Shown here piece after piece: positions 23,164 through 32,571 of a stretch of 64,000 bases of DNA (position 1 is the first letter of the stretch; every line of letters begins with the position of its first letter). The DNA lies in the NCBI GenBank assembly GCA_900540735.1, contig UQHB01000001.1:6791-70790 (forward strand). The letters are read 5' to 3'. The notes under the pieces are model-generated. The model worked only from the letters and a program-made list of their open reading frames with translations, was not told the origin of the DNA and searched no databases. The position numbers and the translations under genes are program-made. Origin of the DNA: an uncultured Megasphaera sp. GTDB lineage: Bacteria > Bacillota > Negativicutes > Veillonellales > Megasphaeraceae.

Positions 23164-25590
23164 CTAGCGCAATTTGCACTGGTACGACGTTGTCAATTCG
23201 TTGATGACTGCATCGATAACAGGCTGTACGTCTGCATCGGTCAAGGTACCTTCGTCGGAATAGAAGACTAAGGAATAACCAAGGCTCTTGAATCCTTTGG
23301 CAACTTGTTTGCCTTGATACATATCGAAGAGATGAACTGCTTCGAGGTACGGTCCGCCGTTCTTCTGGATAACGGCTAAAATGTCCGCATTCTTCGTATC
23401 TTGCGGTACTTCAAAGGCAAGGTCACGGCTAATAGCCGGGAATTTAGCTACTTTATGGTAATCCGGAATGAGGTTGATGAGCGGCAAGAGTTTCGTCAAG
23501 TTGATTTCAAAGACGAAGACCGGACCGGCTACATCGTAGTTAGCAATAGCTTTCGGGTGGAGTTCGCCTAATTGAGCCAGCACTTCACCGTCTTTGACGT
23601 ATTTTGCAGCGACGCCCGGATGGAGCGGTGCATAGTCAGAGACTTCAATGTCAGCGTGAATGCCGAGGTTATCGAGGAGTCCTTCCACAATGCCTTTGAC
23701 ATCATAGAAGTCGTAGTTTGCAGCTTGGTTCGGCCAATCTGCAGCAACCCGTTTGCCGTATAAGAGACCAGCTACGTGATATTCTTCGTCTGGAAGTTCT
23801 GTAATCGGCAAGGCTTTCGGTAAGTAGACCGGAGCGACTTCGTAAATGCCGACAGACGGATTTTTTACAGCCTGGTTATGAACGAATACTTCCATTAAGG
23901 ACGGCAAGAGAATGGTCCGCATGAGCGGGAATTCTTCTGTAATAGGGTTCAAAATGGGAACGGCTTTGTAAACGTCGTCTGTTTTCGGGAATAAGAGTTT
24001 TTCTAAAGACCCTTCGTTCATGAAGCTGAACGTAACCGTTTCATTGAGGCCGCAGCTAGAAAGGTATGCCGAAATACGTTCGTTAATTTCATGATGGTAT
24101 CCTTCTTCGCCTTTGGAGAGGTTACTCCACGGACGAGTGGACGGAATGTTTTCATAGCCATAAATACGTGCTACTTCTTCGGCAATATCCGGCATTTCCG
24201 TGCAGTCACCACGGTACGACGGGACGACAGCTGTAATCTGGTCGCCGTCTTTTTCGATGCCAAACTGCAAAGTTTCCAAAATGGAAATCATTTTGTCTTC
24301 CGCAATGTCTGTGCCTAAGAAGGCATTGACCTGAGTTGCTGTGAAGGGAATCTTCGTCGTTGCTTGAGGATGAGGATAGACATCGACAATGCCTTGCGCC
24401 ACATCGCACGCGCCCATTTGCTGCAGAAGCTGTGCTGTCCGGTCTAAAGAACGAAGGCAGCTGTCTGCATCGAGGCCACGTTCAAAACGGCCAGAAGCTT
24501 CGGAGCGCAGGCCCAACGTACGGCCTGTGTGGCGGATATTCGAGCCTTTGAAGGAAGCGCATTCAAGGATAACTGTCGTCGTATCGGTTGTAACTTCCGA
24601 ATCAAAACCGCCCATAATACCGGCAATACACGACGGTCTTTCTTCATCGGCAATGACGAGCATGTTATTCGTCAACGTACGGTCGTTGCCATCGAGAGTT
24701 TTAATAGTTTCGCCTTCGTGTGCGCGGCGAGCGATGAGGTGATGACCGGCAACTTTATCGTAGTCATAAGCATGCAGAGGAATACCGAGTTCAATCATGA
24801 CGTAGTTCGTCACGTCGACGACGTTGTTAATAGGACGAACGCCGGATTTACGGAGACGCTGCTGCATCCAGAGAGGCGATTTGCCGATTTTAACGTTGAG
24901 CAAGAGACGGGCAGCATAGCGCGTGCACAGTTCTTCGTCTTCAATGGAGACTTTTACTTTGCCGCTAATGGACGTTTCGCATTCATCGACGGAAATTTCC
25001 GGATATCTTGCTTGTTTGTTGCTAAGTACTGCAAATTCACGGGATAAGCCGACCATAGAGAAGCAGTCTGCCCGGTTCGGTGTCAATTCATATTCGTAGA
25101 CTACGTCTTTGGCCTGCAAGTATTCAATAGCATCGATACCAACAGGTGTGTCTGCCGGTAAAATCCAAATGCCATTTCGTTCTTCCGGGAGAAGGACGCT
25201 GTCATCAAAGCCCAGTTCATGAGCCGAGCAGAACATGCCATGCGACGGTACGCCGCGGAGTTTCGATTTTTTAATCTTCACACCGCCAGGGAGGTGTGCG
25301 CCGTGGACAGCTACAGGAACGACCTGACCTTCGCGGACGTTTGTTGCAGCCGTGACGATTTGCAACGTTTCGTCGCCCATATCAACTTGGCAGACGACTA
25401 ATTTATCAGCGTCCGGATGTTTTTCGATTTTTAAAATTTTCCCTGTTTTGATCTTGCTAATTTCGTTGCCCCAATATTCCACGTGTTCTACAGGAATACC
25501 GGCAATGGTCAATGTATCGGCAAAATGCTGCAAGTCCTGATTCATGTCGACATCGACATAGTCTTGCATCCATTGTAATGAACTTTTCAT
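23164..25590 (-). CDS. pheT: phenylalanyl-tRNA synthetase beta subunit
   Basis: 808 aa, tRNA-binding N-term, B3/4, B5, FDX-ACB domains. Confidence 0.95.
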   Translation of the reverse strand: MKSSLQWMQDYVDVDMNQDLQHFADTLTIAGIPVEHVEYWGNEISKIKTGKILKIEKHPDADKLVVCQVDMGDETLQIVTAATNVREGQVVPVAVHGAHLPGGVKIKKSKLRGVPSHGMFCSAHELGFDDSVLLPEERNGIWILPADTPVGIDAIEYLQAKDVVYEYELTPNRADCFSMVGLSREFAVLSNKQARYPEISVDECETSISGKVKVSIEDEELCTRYAARLLLNVKIGKSPLWMQQRLRKSGVRPINNVVDVTNYVMIELGIPLHAYDYDKVAGHHLIARRAHEGETIKTLDGNDRTLTNNMLVIADEERPSCIAGIMGGFDSEVTTDTTTVILECASFKGSNIRHTGRTLGLRSEASGRFERGLDADSCLRSLDRTAQLLQQMGACDVAQGIVDVYPHPQATTKIPFTATQVNAFLGTDIAEDKMISILETLQFGIEKDGDQITAVVPSYRGDCTEMPDIAEEVARIYGYENIPSTRPWSNLSKGEEGYHHEINERISAYLSSCGLNETVTFSFMNEGSLEKLLFPKTDDVYKAVPILNPITEEFPLMRTILLPSLMEVFVHNQAVKNPSVGIYEVAPVYLPKALPITELPDEEYHVAGLLYGKRVAADWPNQAANYDFYDVKGIVEGLLDNLGIHADIEVSDYAPLHPGVAAKYVKDGEVLAQLGELHPKAIANYDVAGPVFVFEINLTKLLPLINLIPDYHKVAKFPAISRDLAFEVPQDTKNADILAVIQKNGGPYLEAVHLFDMYQGKQVAKGFKSLGYSLVFYSDEGTLTDADVQPVIDAVINELTTSYQCKLR

Positions 25591-25605
25591 CTCGTTATGT
25601 ACCTC

Positions 25606-26631
25606 CTAGAATTGTTTCAAGAACCGCATATCGTTTTCGTAGAACAAGCGTAAATCGTCAATGCCGTATTTGAGCATGGCAATGCGTTCAACGCCCATAC
25701 CAAAGGCAAAGCCCGAGACGACGTTCGGGTCATAGCCGTTCATGCGCAAGACGTTCGGATTGACCATGCCGCAGCCGAGGATTTCAAGCCAGCCCGTATG
25801 GGAGCAAACACGGCAGCCTTTCCCACCGCACATGACGCAGGAAATATCGACTTCTGCACTCGGTTCTGTGAAGGGGAAGTAACTAGCACGGAAGCGGACT
25901 TTCGTTTCGGGCCCGAAAATATTCCGTAAGAAGTCTTCGAGCATGCCTTTTAAGTCGGAGAAACGAATGCCTTTGTCGACGATCATACCTTCCATCTGAT
26001 GGAAAACTGGCGAGTGCGTTGCATCATAGTCGCAGCGGTATACTTTCCCAGGAGCAATAATTTTAATCGGTTCGTTTGGTTTATGAGACTGGAGCGTCCG
26101 TGCCTGCATAGGCGATGTATGGGTACGGAGCAAAATATTTTCCGTTACATACATGGAGTCCTGCATGTCCCGTGCCGGATGGTCTTCTGGTAAGTTCAAA
26201 CACTGGAAGTTGTAGTAATCCGATTCGATATCCGGCCCTTCGACGATAGAAAAGCCCATGTTGAGGAAGGCTTGTTCCATGAGACGGCGCGTAATATGTA
26301 AAGGATGTTCATGGCCCAACTGAGGTTTACGGCCCGGCAAGGTAATATCTATTTTTTCAGACTGTAATTTCTGGGCTAAGGCTTGTTCTTTCAATTCGTC
26401 CATTTTCGTTTTTAAATGGTCTTCAATGATGCCTCGTGCCGTGTTGACGAGTTGTCCTACTTTGGGGCGTTCTTCTTTTGACAGGGTCTTCAGCTCTTTC
26501 ATAATCGCTGTCAGTTCCCCTTTTTTGCCCAAGTATTTAACGCGAATATCTTGGACTTCTTGGAGCGCGCTGGTTTGGGCCAGTTGTGCATCCACAGCGG
26601 CCTTGATGGCTTCAATCTTATCACTAATCAT
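25606..26631 (-). CDS. pheS: phenylalanyl-tRNA synthetase alpha subunit
   Basis: 341 aa class II core motifs. Confidence 0.95.
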   Translation of the reverse strand: MISDKIEAIKAAVDAQLAQTSALQEVQDIRVKYLGKKGELTAIMKELKTLSKEERPKVGQLVNTARGIIEDHLKTKMDELKEQALAQKLQSEKIDITLPGRKPQLGHEHPLHITRRLMEQAFLNMGFSIVEGPDIESDYYNFQCLNLPEDHPARDMQDSMYVTENILLRTHTSPMQARTLQSHKPNEPIKIIAPGKVYRCDYDATHSPVFHQMEGMIVDKGIRFSDLKGMLEDFLRNIFGPETKVRFRASYFPFTEPSAEVDISCVMCGGKGCRVCSHTGWLEILGCGMVNPNVLRMNGYDPNVVSGFAFGMGVERIAMLKYGIDDLRLFYENDMRFLKQF

Positions 26632-26639
26632 GGATTTTC

Positions 26640-26883
26640 ATTCCTCCTACAAATAAAAAATAGACTTCCACCCCGTAAGGGGCGAAAGTCTGATTCGCGG
26701 TACCACCCTAATTTGTACTCTTCATCCTGTAACGGGAACACCCGTCTTGCCTACTCTCTTCAGCAAGAAGCTCCAAAGTGAACGCAAGAAACGACCGGTT
26801 ACGCAACTCTCAGTCTTAGGCTGCCTATTCCTGTTCCGGGGCAAGTTCCTTGCTCTCTTTGTCATTGCCATAGTAAATATAAC
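26640..26883 (-). ncRNA. T-box leader (Phe, inferred) controlling pheST
   Basis: Exact T-box AAUUAGGGUGGUACCGCG (plus 26695-26712 reverse complement), then terminator gacuuucgcccc uuac gggguggaaguc + uauuuuuuauuu; stem I AGAGA; candidate UUC specifier. Confidence 0.85.
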
Positions 26884-26889
26884 AGCTAT

Positions 26890-26918
26890 ATTGTATCAGT
26901 ATAAAGTTTTATTTGCAA
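26890..26918 (-). promoter_or_regulatory. promoter for T-box/pheST (TTGCAA-N17-TGaTACAAT) overlapping acd stop
   Basis: Read directly. Confidence 0.5.
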
Positions 26919-28035
26919 TAACTAAACGCTGAATTTGGTTTGTCCCTTCGTAAATCTGCATGATTTTCGCATCGCGCATGTATTTTTCGACAGGGTATTC
27001 TTTGATGTAGCCGTACCCGCCCATAACCTGCACAGCATCAGTCGTGACTTTCATCGCTACGTCAGACGCATTACATTTAGCAATAGCAGCTTCGCGGCTG
27101 AAATCTTTGCCCTGATCTTTTAACCAGCAAGCACGCTGTACGAGGAGACGAGCACCATCTACAGCCATGGCCATATCGGCAATCATAGCCTGAATCATCT
27201 GGAACGACGCAATGGGCTGGCCGAACTGTTTCCGTACTTTTGCATATTCGCAGCATGCATCAAAGGCAGCTTGGGCAATGCCGACAGATACAGCACCGAC
27301 GAAAGGACGAGCTGCGTCGAGAGTGTTCATGGCAATACGGAAGCCTTGACCTTCGCGGCCGAGACGGTCTTCCATAGGTACATAGCAATCCTGGAAAATG
27401 AGTTCTGTCGTGTTCGATGCACGGATACCCATTTTATCTTCTTTTTTACCAATCGTAAAGCCCGGTGTACCTTTTTTTACCATAAAGGCCGTTAAGCCAC
27501 GGACACCGCCGCTTTTACGGGTGTTCGCAAAAACCGTAAAGACATCGGCAAGGCCGCCGTTCGTAATGAAGCATTTCGAACCATTGAGAATATAGCCTTT
27601 ACCGTCTTCTGTTTTGACAGCTCGTGTAGAAACGGAGCCTGCATCAGAGCCAGTGCCCGGTTCAGTGAGAGCAAATGCGGCGAGCTTGTCTTCTGTAATG
27701 ATGTCGAAAAAGCGTTTTTTCTGGTCATCGTTACCAGCTAAAATAACAGGATACGAAGCGAGGGCATTAGCAGCAACAGTCGTCGCAACGCCGGCGCAGC
27801 CTTTACCTAATTCTTCGTATAACGCAGCAATCGTAACGGCATCGAGGCCGGCACCGCCAAATTCTTCCGGAATGGCAACGCTGAGAAGCCCTTGAGCTGC
27901 TAATTTGTCGAGGAGACCTTCGTGGAGTACGCCGGTTCTATCCATTTCACCAGCATGCGGTTTAATTTCTTTTTCTACTAAATCGCGTACGACTTTGATA
28001 ATATCCTGCTGTTCGCTATTATACGCAAAATCCAT
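26896..28035 (-). CDS. short-chain acyl-CoA dehydrogenase (butyryl-CoA dehydrogenase-like)
   Basis: 379 aa, ACAD fold motifs (GSDAGS, catalytic Glu near C-term YEGTNQIQRLVIA). Confidence 0.9.
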   Translation of the reverse strand: MDFAYNSEQQDIIKVVRDLVEKEIKPHAGEMDRTGVLHEGLLDKLAAQGLLSVAIPEEFGGAGLDAVTIAALYEELGKGCAGVATTVAANALASYPVILAGNDDQKKRFFDIITEDKLAAFALTEPGTGSDAGSVSTRAVKTEDGKGYILNGSKCFITNGGLADVFTVFANTRKSGGVRGLTAFMVKKGTPGFTIGKKEDKMGIRASNTTELIFQDCYVPMEDRLGREGQGFRIAMNTLDAARPFVGAVSVGIAQAAFDACCEYAKVRKQFGQPIASFQMIQAMIADMAMAVDGARLLVQRACWLKDQGKDFSREAAIAKCNASDVAMKVTTDAVQVMGGYGYIKEYPVEKYMRDAKIMQIYEGTNQIQRLVIANKTLY

Positions 28036-28073
28036 TTCTACTAACCAACCTTCCCGCTGAAATTTACAGTATG

Positions 28074-28517
28074 TTAATCTAATTTCCCAATAATGTAAAA
28101 GGACGACCGCCCTTTTACGATAACCTTACCGTCTTTGTCAAAAAATTCACATTCTACAACAATCGTCTTGCCGCCGTGATGCACGACTTGACCGACACCG
28201 ACAATATCTTCTTCTGCACGCACTTGGCGGACATAGTTCATATTGATTTCGAGGGTCGTCACGCGATACCCCAAGGTCCGGCTGGCCATCCCCATGAGGG
28301 TGTCGCAAAAGGCTGCTAAGACACCGCCTGAGGCAATGCCGCGGCGATTGCAAAACTGCGGCGCAATGTGAAAGCTTAGGCGTACCCAGCCCGTATCCAA
28401 ATCTTGGACCTCAAAGGGGAGCTGTTTAAAATACGGTGTTTGCCGCCGTACACTCTGGCAGACCGCCAGGAGTCGTTCTTTGTTGCTCACTGGCTCTTGT
28501 CTTGTATCCATCAGCAT
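28074..28517 (-). CDS. hotdog-fold thioesterase (PaaI/4HBT-like), copy 2
   Basis: 147 aa; 7-nt overlap with upstream paralogue. Confidence 0.7.
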   Translation of the reverse strand: MLMDTRQEPVSNKERLLAVCQSVRRQTPYFKQLPFEVQDLDTGWVRLSFHIAPQFCNRRGIASGGVLAAFCDTLMGMASRTLGYRVTTLEINMNYVRQVRAEEDIVGVGQVVHHGGKTIVVECEFFDKDGKVIVKGRSSFYIIGKLD

Positions 28518-28936
28518 TCCTCCTCTAGCACAAAGGAGCCGGTCACGTAGAACGTGCCTTTGCCATGGGCTAAATACCGTTTTTGATTGTCGTAGAGGTC
28601 ACACAAGACAACCATCGTCGTCCGGCCATTATGAATGACCTTGGCCCGTGCTTCAATGGTCGTATCCCGAAAGGCAGGGCGCAAATAATTCATCCCTAAA
28701 TCGAGAGTGAGTACATCTTTACCAAGGACTGCACAAGCCGCTTCCATAGCCGATGCTGCCTGCGCATAGAGCACACCACCATAGAGTGTGCCGTTTGGAT
28801 TATCCCAAGTCGTACCGGCATTATCAAAGACCAGTGTAATGCCGTCTGCATCTGCTTGGACGACTGTAAACTGCATAAACGCATCAAAGGGATTTTCCTG
28901 CAGTGCCTTGTTTAACTGGCGTACTGTCTCATCCAT
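28511..28936 (-). CDS. hotdog-fold thioesterase (PaaI/4HBT-like), copy 1
   Basis: Start moved to ATG 28936 (RBS GAAGG); ORF-track TTG start 29008 lies inside promoter P2. Confidence 0.65.
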   Translation of the reverse strand: MDETVRQLNKALQENPFDAFMQFTVVQADADGITLVFDNAGTTWDNPNGTLYGGVLYAQAASAMEAACAVLGKDVLTLDLGMNYLRPAFRDTTIEARAKVIHNGRTTMVVLCDLYDNQKRYLAHGKGTFYVTGSFVLEEEC

Positions 28937-28979
28937 CAGGCCTTCACTCCTCTCGTGCAATGAATGTAAATACTTTATT

Positions 28980-29008
28980 ATTTTACTATATACGTAGTCA
29001 TTCGTCAA
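28980..29008 (-). promoter_or_regulatory. promoter P2 for thioesterase-acd operon (TTGACG-N17-TAAAAT)
   Basis: Read directly, just downstream of sRNA terminator. Confidence 0.5.
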
Positions 29009-29020
29009 ACGAAAGGAACG

Positions 29021-29257
29021 GAAAAAAAGAAGCTGTGCAATGCACAGCTTCTGATATGCCTGACCTGGTTTTTACCCCCACACTCGCCTGCTGGAAGGTT
29101 CGCTCTTAGATGGTCTGCATCCCCCACTACTACTTCTCTCGCTTTTTGCGGCAGGTCTTACGTCTAGGCCGCACTATGATCAGCACCGCTTTGGGTGCCT
29201 TACGTGGATCCCTTTGCCTGCGACTGGCTTGGACTTGCAACCACAGCGCATATCAGT
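29021..29257 (-). ncRNA. candidate stand-alone structured sRNA (~235 nt); identity unknown, 6S-like rod possible
   Basis: Consensus promoter TTGACA-N18-TATAAT (29262-29291); 5' CUGAUAUGC pairs 3' GCAUAUCAG and extends; perfect 10-bp GC-rich hairpin + U7 at 29021-29052; only a 23-codon leaderless-type ORF inside. Confidence 0.55.
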
Positions 29258-29261
29258 ACAC

Positions 29262-29291
29262 ATTATACGCAAGGAATACTTATCCTGTCAA
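29262..29291 (-). promoter_or_regulatory. consensus sigma70 promoter TTGACA-N18-TATAAT driving the sRNA
   Basis: Both hexamers perfect. Confidence 0.7.
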
Positions 29292-29296
29292 CAAAA

Positions 29297-29330
29297 AAAC
29301 GGCATTCTCTCTGAGAAATACCGTTTTTGC
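29297..29330 (-). terminator. omp intrinsic terminator
   Basis: aacgguauuucuc agag agaaugccguu + uuuuuug. Confidence 0.7.
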
Positions 29331-29334
29331 ATAC

Positions 29335-29916
29335 TTAGAACTTGTAGCCCATGCCGACTTGCCAGCCGTTGACACTGTCATCGTAGTTGTCCACATCAAT
29401 ATCACTGTCGCGATATTTAATGTGGGCATCCCATTCCGGTGTAATGTCGTAGCCTACACCGATTTCATAGGTATTGACGTCGTCACCGACACCGACAGAC
29501 GCAAAGCCTTGCCACCGTTCCGCTAAAGGCAGCTGGCCTTTGAGGCCTACTTGATAGCCGTAGGATTTCGTGTGGTTGTACGTTTCTGTATTGACATAGG
29601 AACCACCGGCATAAGCCGAGACGTACGGCGTTAAGCGATAATTACCGACCAGGTAATGTTCGTTAATGCGGTTGCCGTTGTTCCCTTTTGTCTTGTTATT
29701 AACGTACTGCAAATCTAAATTATCATTCAAGACATAAGTTACATCACCGCCTGTAAAGCGGCTGTCTGCACTGCGGCCCCCTTCTTCTTGGTCGAAGCCA
29801 TAGTTAATGTTGGCCTTTAAGTCACCAGCTTGGGGATACTTAATCGGTGCTGCAAAGGCTACAGCACTGACACTCACCAAGGCAGTAACAGCCAAGGTTA
29901 AGCCAATTTTTTTCAT
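29335..29916 (-). CDS. small outer-membrane beta-barrel protein (OmpW/OmpA-like)
   Basis: Signal peptide, alternating amphipathic strands, C-terminal ...YKF. Confidence 0.75.
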   Translation of the reverse strand: MKKIGLTLAVTALVSVSAVAFAAPIKYPQAGDLKANINYGFDQEEGGRSADSRFTGGDVTYVLNDNLDLQYVNNKTKGNNGNRINEHYLVGNYRLTPYVSAYAGGSYVNTETYNHTKSYGYQVGLKGQLPLAERWQGFASVGVGDDVNTYEIGVGYDITPEWDAHIKYRDSDIDVDNYDDSVNGWQVGMGYKF

Positions 29917-29952
29917 AGGTCATACACCTCCATTAAAACACACTATGTGTAT

Positions 29953-29981
29953 ATTATACCGTATACGAGGAAAAAAGGCAA
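29953..29981 (-). promoter_or_regulatory. omp promoter TTGCCT-N17-TATAAT
   Basis: Read directly. Confidence 0.55.
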
Positions 29982-29983
29982 AG

Positions 29984-31036
29984 TCAGTCCTTTTTCGTGC
30001 CATATTTATGCAGAATTTCTTCTGCTGCTTCGATGACATGGCCTTGAGAAATGACAGAAATACCTTCGTACTTTCCTTCTTTAATGATTTGCTTCATGCT
30101 CTTGCCGATTTCGTAGTGGTCTGTCGACTCGAGGACAATGGCTTTATCCGTATAGGGACCATAAAATTTCGGATTACTTGGGCCATAGAGGGCGACAATG
30201 GGCACGTGCTGGCTCACAGCAATATGCATAGGGCCGCTATCATTCGTAATAAAGAGAGAACAACGGCGAATGGCTGCAGTCAATTCACCAATAGAAAATT
30301 CACCAGTACCAATGATAGCTTTATGATGCATTGCCGTCGTCGCGTCACGGACCATTTCTTCATCCATAGTGCCGCCAAAGAAGACGGCTTTATAGCCTCG
30401 TGTCGAAAAATAATCGGCTACAGCAGCAAAGCGTTTCGGCGGCCACCGTTTTTGCGGCACTGCACTGCCGATATTAAAGCCAATGAGTTTATCACTGGGG
30501 AGGACACCATGAGCTGTATAGAACTTCGCTGCTCGTTCATCCCAAGCCGGGCATGTTTCAATCTGCAATCCTTCGTTACGGTAATCATTGATGCCGAGCT
30601 GGTCTAAGACATTGATGTACATGTCGGCTGCATGTACATGGATACGGTCGAGCTTCGTATACCGGTCCATAAAGGGACGGAACAAGAAATGGCTCATGCC
30701 GTCAAATTCTTTAGCATGAATGACCGTCGCTAGGAAGGATGTCCGTTCGTTAGGATGAAGATTAATCAGCAAATCATAGTGGTTGCGATGGAGTTCCCTG
30801 CCAATACGCCAAAGCGCGCCAATAGAGTTGTCTTTCCCTTTTTTGTCGACCGTTACGAGATGGTCAATATTGGGGTTATAGCGCACGACATCAGCTACTT
30901 TTTCATCGACTACAAGCGTAATCTCCGAGCCTAAGGCATGGCGGCGCAAGACTTGTAAAAACGGCGTAATCAAGACTAAATCGCCAAGGTGCATGAGATA
31001 CGTGACAATAATTTTTTTTTGCCGTAAATTAATCAT
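29984..31036 (-). CDS. ADP-heptose:LPS heptosyltransferase (GT9, WaaC/WaaF-like)
   Basis: GT9 motifs (LGDLVLITP...; GPMHIA...). Confidence 0.8.
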   Translation of the reverse strand: MINLRQKKIIVTYLMHLGDLVLITPFLQVLRRHALGSEITLVVDEKVADVVRYNPNIDHLVTVDKKGKDNSIGALWRIGRELHRNHYDLLINLHPNERTSFLATVIHAKEFDGMSHFLFRPFMDRYTKLDRIHVHAADMYINVLDQLGINDYRNEGLQIETCPAWDERAAKFYTAHGVLPSDKLIGFNIGSAVPQKRWPPKRFAAVADYFSTRGYKAVFFGGTMDEEMVRDATTAMHHKAIIGTGEFSIGELTAAIRRCSLFITNDSGPMHIAVSQHVPIVALYGPSNPKFYGPYTDKAIVLESTDHYEIGKSMKQIIKEGKYEGISVISQGHVIEAAEEILHKYGTKKD

Positions 31037-32063
31037 GTCGTACCTCCTGGATAATGTGTTGATACGTCTGCCAAACCGTATCGACTGTCAGTTGTTTCAT
31101 ACATTCCGGGTCATCTACTAAAGGATGTTCCGGTGTAGCTTTTGCCGTTGGCGACGTAAGGATATGAATATACGTACTCTGAGGGCCACCGTACGGGCCT
31201 GTACGAGCCGGACTGGTCGGTCCAAAGAGGGCCATTAATTCTTTTTTTAAGGCATTGGCAATATGGAGCGGCCCCGTATCGGCACTAATATAGACAGTTG
31301 CCATGGCAATAGCTGCCATCAATTCTTTGAGCGTCGTCTTCCCTGTATAGTCATAGACGAGCTGTGAAGACCCGCCGTCTGTAACAGCCTTCCCTTTCGG
31401 TACATCATCACCGCTGCCGAGCAAGACAACAGGCATACCAGTGGCGACAATCCGAGTAATGAGCTGCTGCCAGTACGGTATAGGCCATTCTTTGACATCC
31501 CAACGCGCACCAGGAACAATCGCTATATACGAGCCAGTCAAGCCGTCTGCAGCAAAGCGTTTGGTCAGTGTTTCTTTTTCAGCTGCAATAGAAGGCAAGG
31601 GAAATTCAACCCCAGCAACAGTGCCGTCAAGGACGCGAACTGTATCTAAATACCGTTCAATGACGTGGTCTTGTTTATGCGGTCCTACGAGGCCTTTGCT
31701 GACTAAGAAACTGCCTTCACGCATTTCCCAATAGCCATAATGCTTTTTGGCACCACTCAAGAGAGCGACAATGGCACTTTTCGCGAGCCCTTGCAAATCT
31801 AAGCACATATCGAAATGATAGGCATGCAAGGTGCGGCGCAACTCGCACCAATAAGACGGAGATTTTAGCCGCTTTTTGTCAATCAAAACTACGTCATCAA
31901 TATAAGGCTTACCTGGCAGGACGGTTGCAAACTGTGGATGAACGGCCCAAATGATACGGGCATGCGGGCAATTTTGCCGCAACGCATAGAGCGTTGGCAA
32001 GGCATGGATAACATCGCCTAGAGAACTCATTTTAATGATGAGGATGTTCTTATACGCCTCCAT
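31029..32063 (-). CDS. ADP-heptose:LPS heptosyltransferase (GT9), second copy
   Basis: Start set at MEAYKNILIIKMSSLGDV (ATG 32063); ORF-track N-extension overlaps gmhB. Confidence 0.8.
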   Translation of the reverse strand: MEAYKNILIIKMSSLGDVIHALPTLYALRQNCPHARIIWAVHPQFATVLPGKPYIDDVVLIDKKRLKSPSYWCELRRTLHAYHFDMCLDLQGLAKSAIVALLSGAKKHYGYWEMREGSFLVSKGLVGPHKQDHVIERYLDTVRVLDGTVAGVEFPLPSIAAEKETLTKRFAADGLTGSYIAIVPGARWDVKEWPIPYWQQLITRIVATGMPVVLLGSGDDVPKGKAVTDGGSSQLVYDYTGKTTLKELMAAIAMATVYISADTGPLHIANALKKELMALFGPTSPARTGPYGGPQSTYIHILTSPTAKATPEHPLVDDPECMKQLTVDTVWQTYQHIIQEVRHD

Positions 32064-32571
32064 GACCGTTCCTTTCTGCGAGAATTTCATCGACAAAATC
32101 CGCAAAATTCCCACCTGTAAATAAGTAGCCCTGTACACCAGCCTTTTCACCGCAGTCTATATCCCGTTGTTTGTCGCCAATAAGAAAGGACTGCGTAGTG
32201 TCAATATCATACTCCTTCATAGCCGCTAAGACCATACCGGGCTTGGGTTTACGCCAATCGCTATCAAGGTCGTACGGCTTGACAGTCGCACCGGGCAAGA
32301 ACGGACAATAGTAGCACGCCGTAATAGGCGCACCATGTGCAGTTGCTTCGTCGCACATCCAATCATGGAGATGCTGTACGTCCTCTTCCGTGTAATAGCC
32401 GCGACCTACACCGCTCTGATTCGTCACGACAATAAGCAAATACCCTGCATCATGGAGGCGTTTCAAGCCGTCTAAGACACCGGGAATCCATTCAAAATCA
32501 TCGACTTTATACAGGTATCCTTTGTCCACATTGAGCGTGCCGTCGCGGTCCAAAAAGACAGCTTTATTCAT
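32050..32571 (-). CDS. gmhB: D,D-heptose 1,7-bisphosphate phosphatase
   Basis: HAD motif FLDRDGTLN; start at MNKAVFLDRDG with ATGAATAA-type overlap of hldD stop. Confidence 0.8.
   Translation of the reverse strand: MNKAVFLDRDGTLNVDKGYLYKVDDFEWIPGVLDGLKRLHDAGYLLIVVTNQSGVGRGYYTEEDVQHLHDWMCDEATAHGAPITACYYCPFLPGATVKPYDLDSDWRKPKPGMVLAAMKEYDIDTTQSFLIGDKQRDIDCGEKAGVQGYLFTGGNFADFVDEILAERNGHGGV

Noticed and set aside
29180-29251. 23-codon ORF MRCGCKSKPVAGKGIHVRHPKRC at the 5' end of the sRNA
   Set aside because: ATG only ~6 nt from the predicted TSS, no RBS; could be leaderless but no supporting features, so treated as non-coding
29021-29257. sRNA as SRP RNA, RNase P, tmRNA, or a riboswitch attenuator for the thioesterase operon
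   Set aside because: Too short and lacks the conserved RNase P/tmRNA blocks. SRP domain IV similarity (CCAGGUCAGG) is partial and the apical element is the terminator triloop hairpin. No antiterminator complement to the terminator 5' arm, and a separate promoter P2 follows, so an independent sRNA is favoured, though unresolved
29110-29526. 138-aa plus-strand ORF
   Set aside because: Antisense to the omp gene and the sRNA terminator region; no RBS; the omp frame is strongly supported
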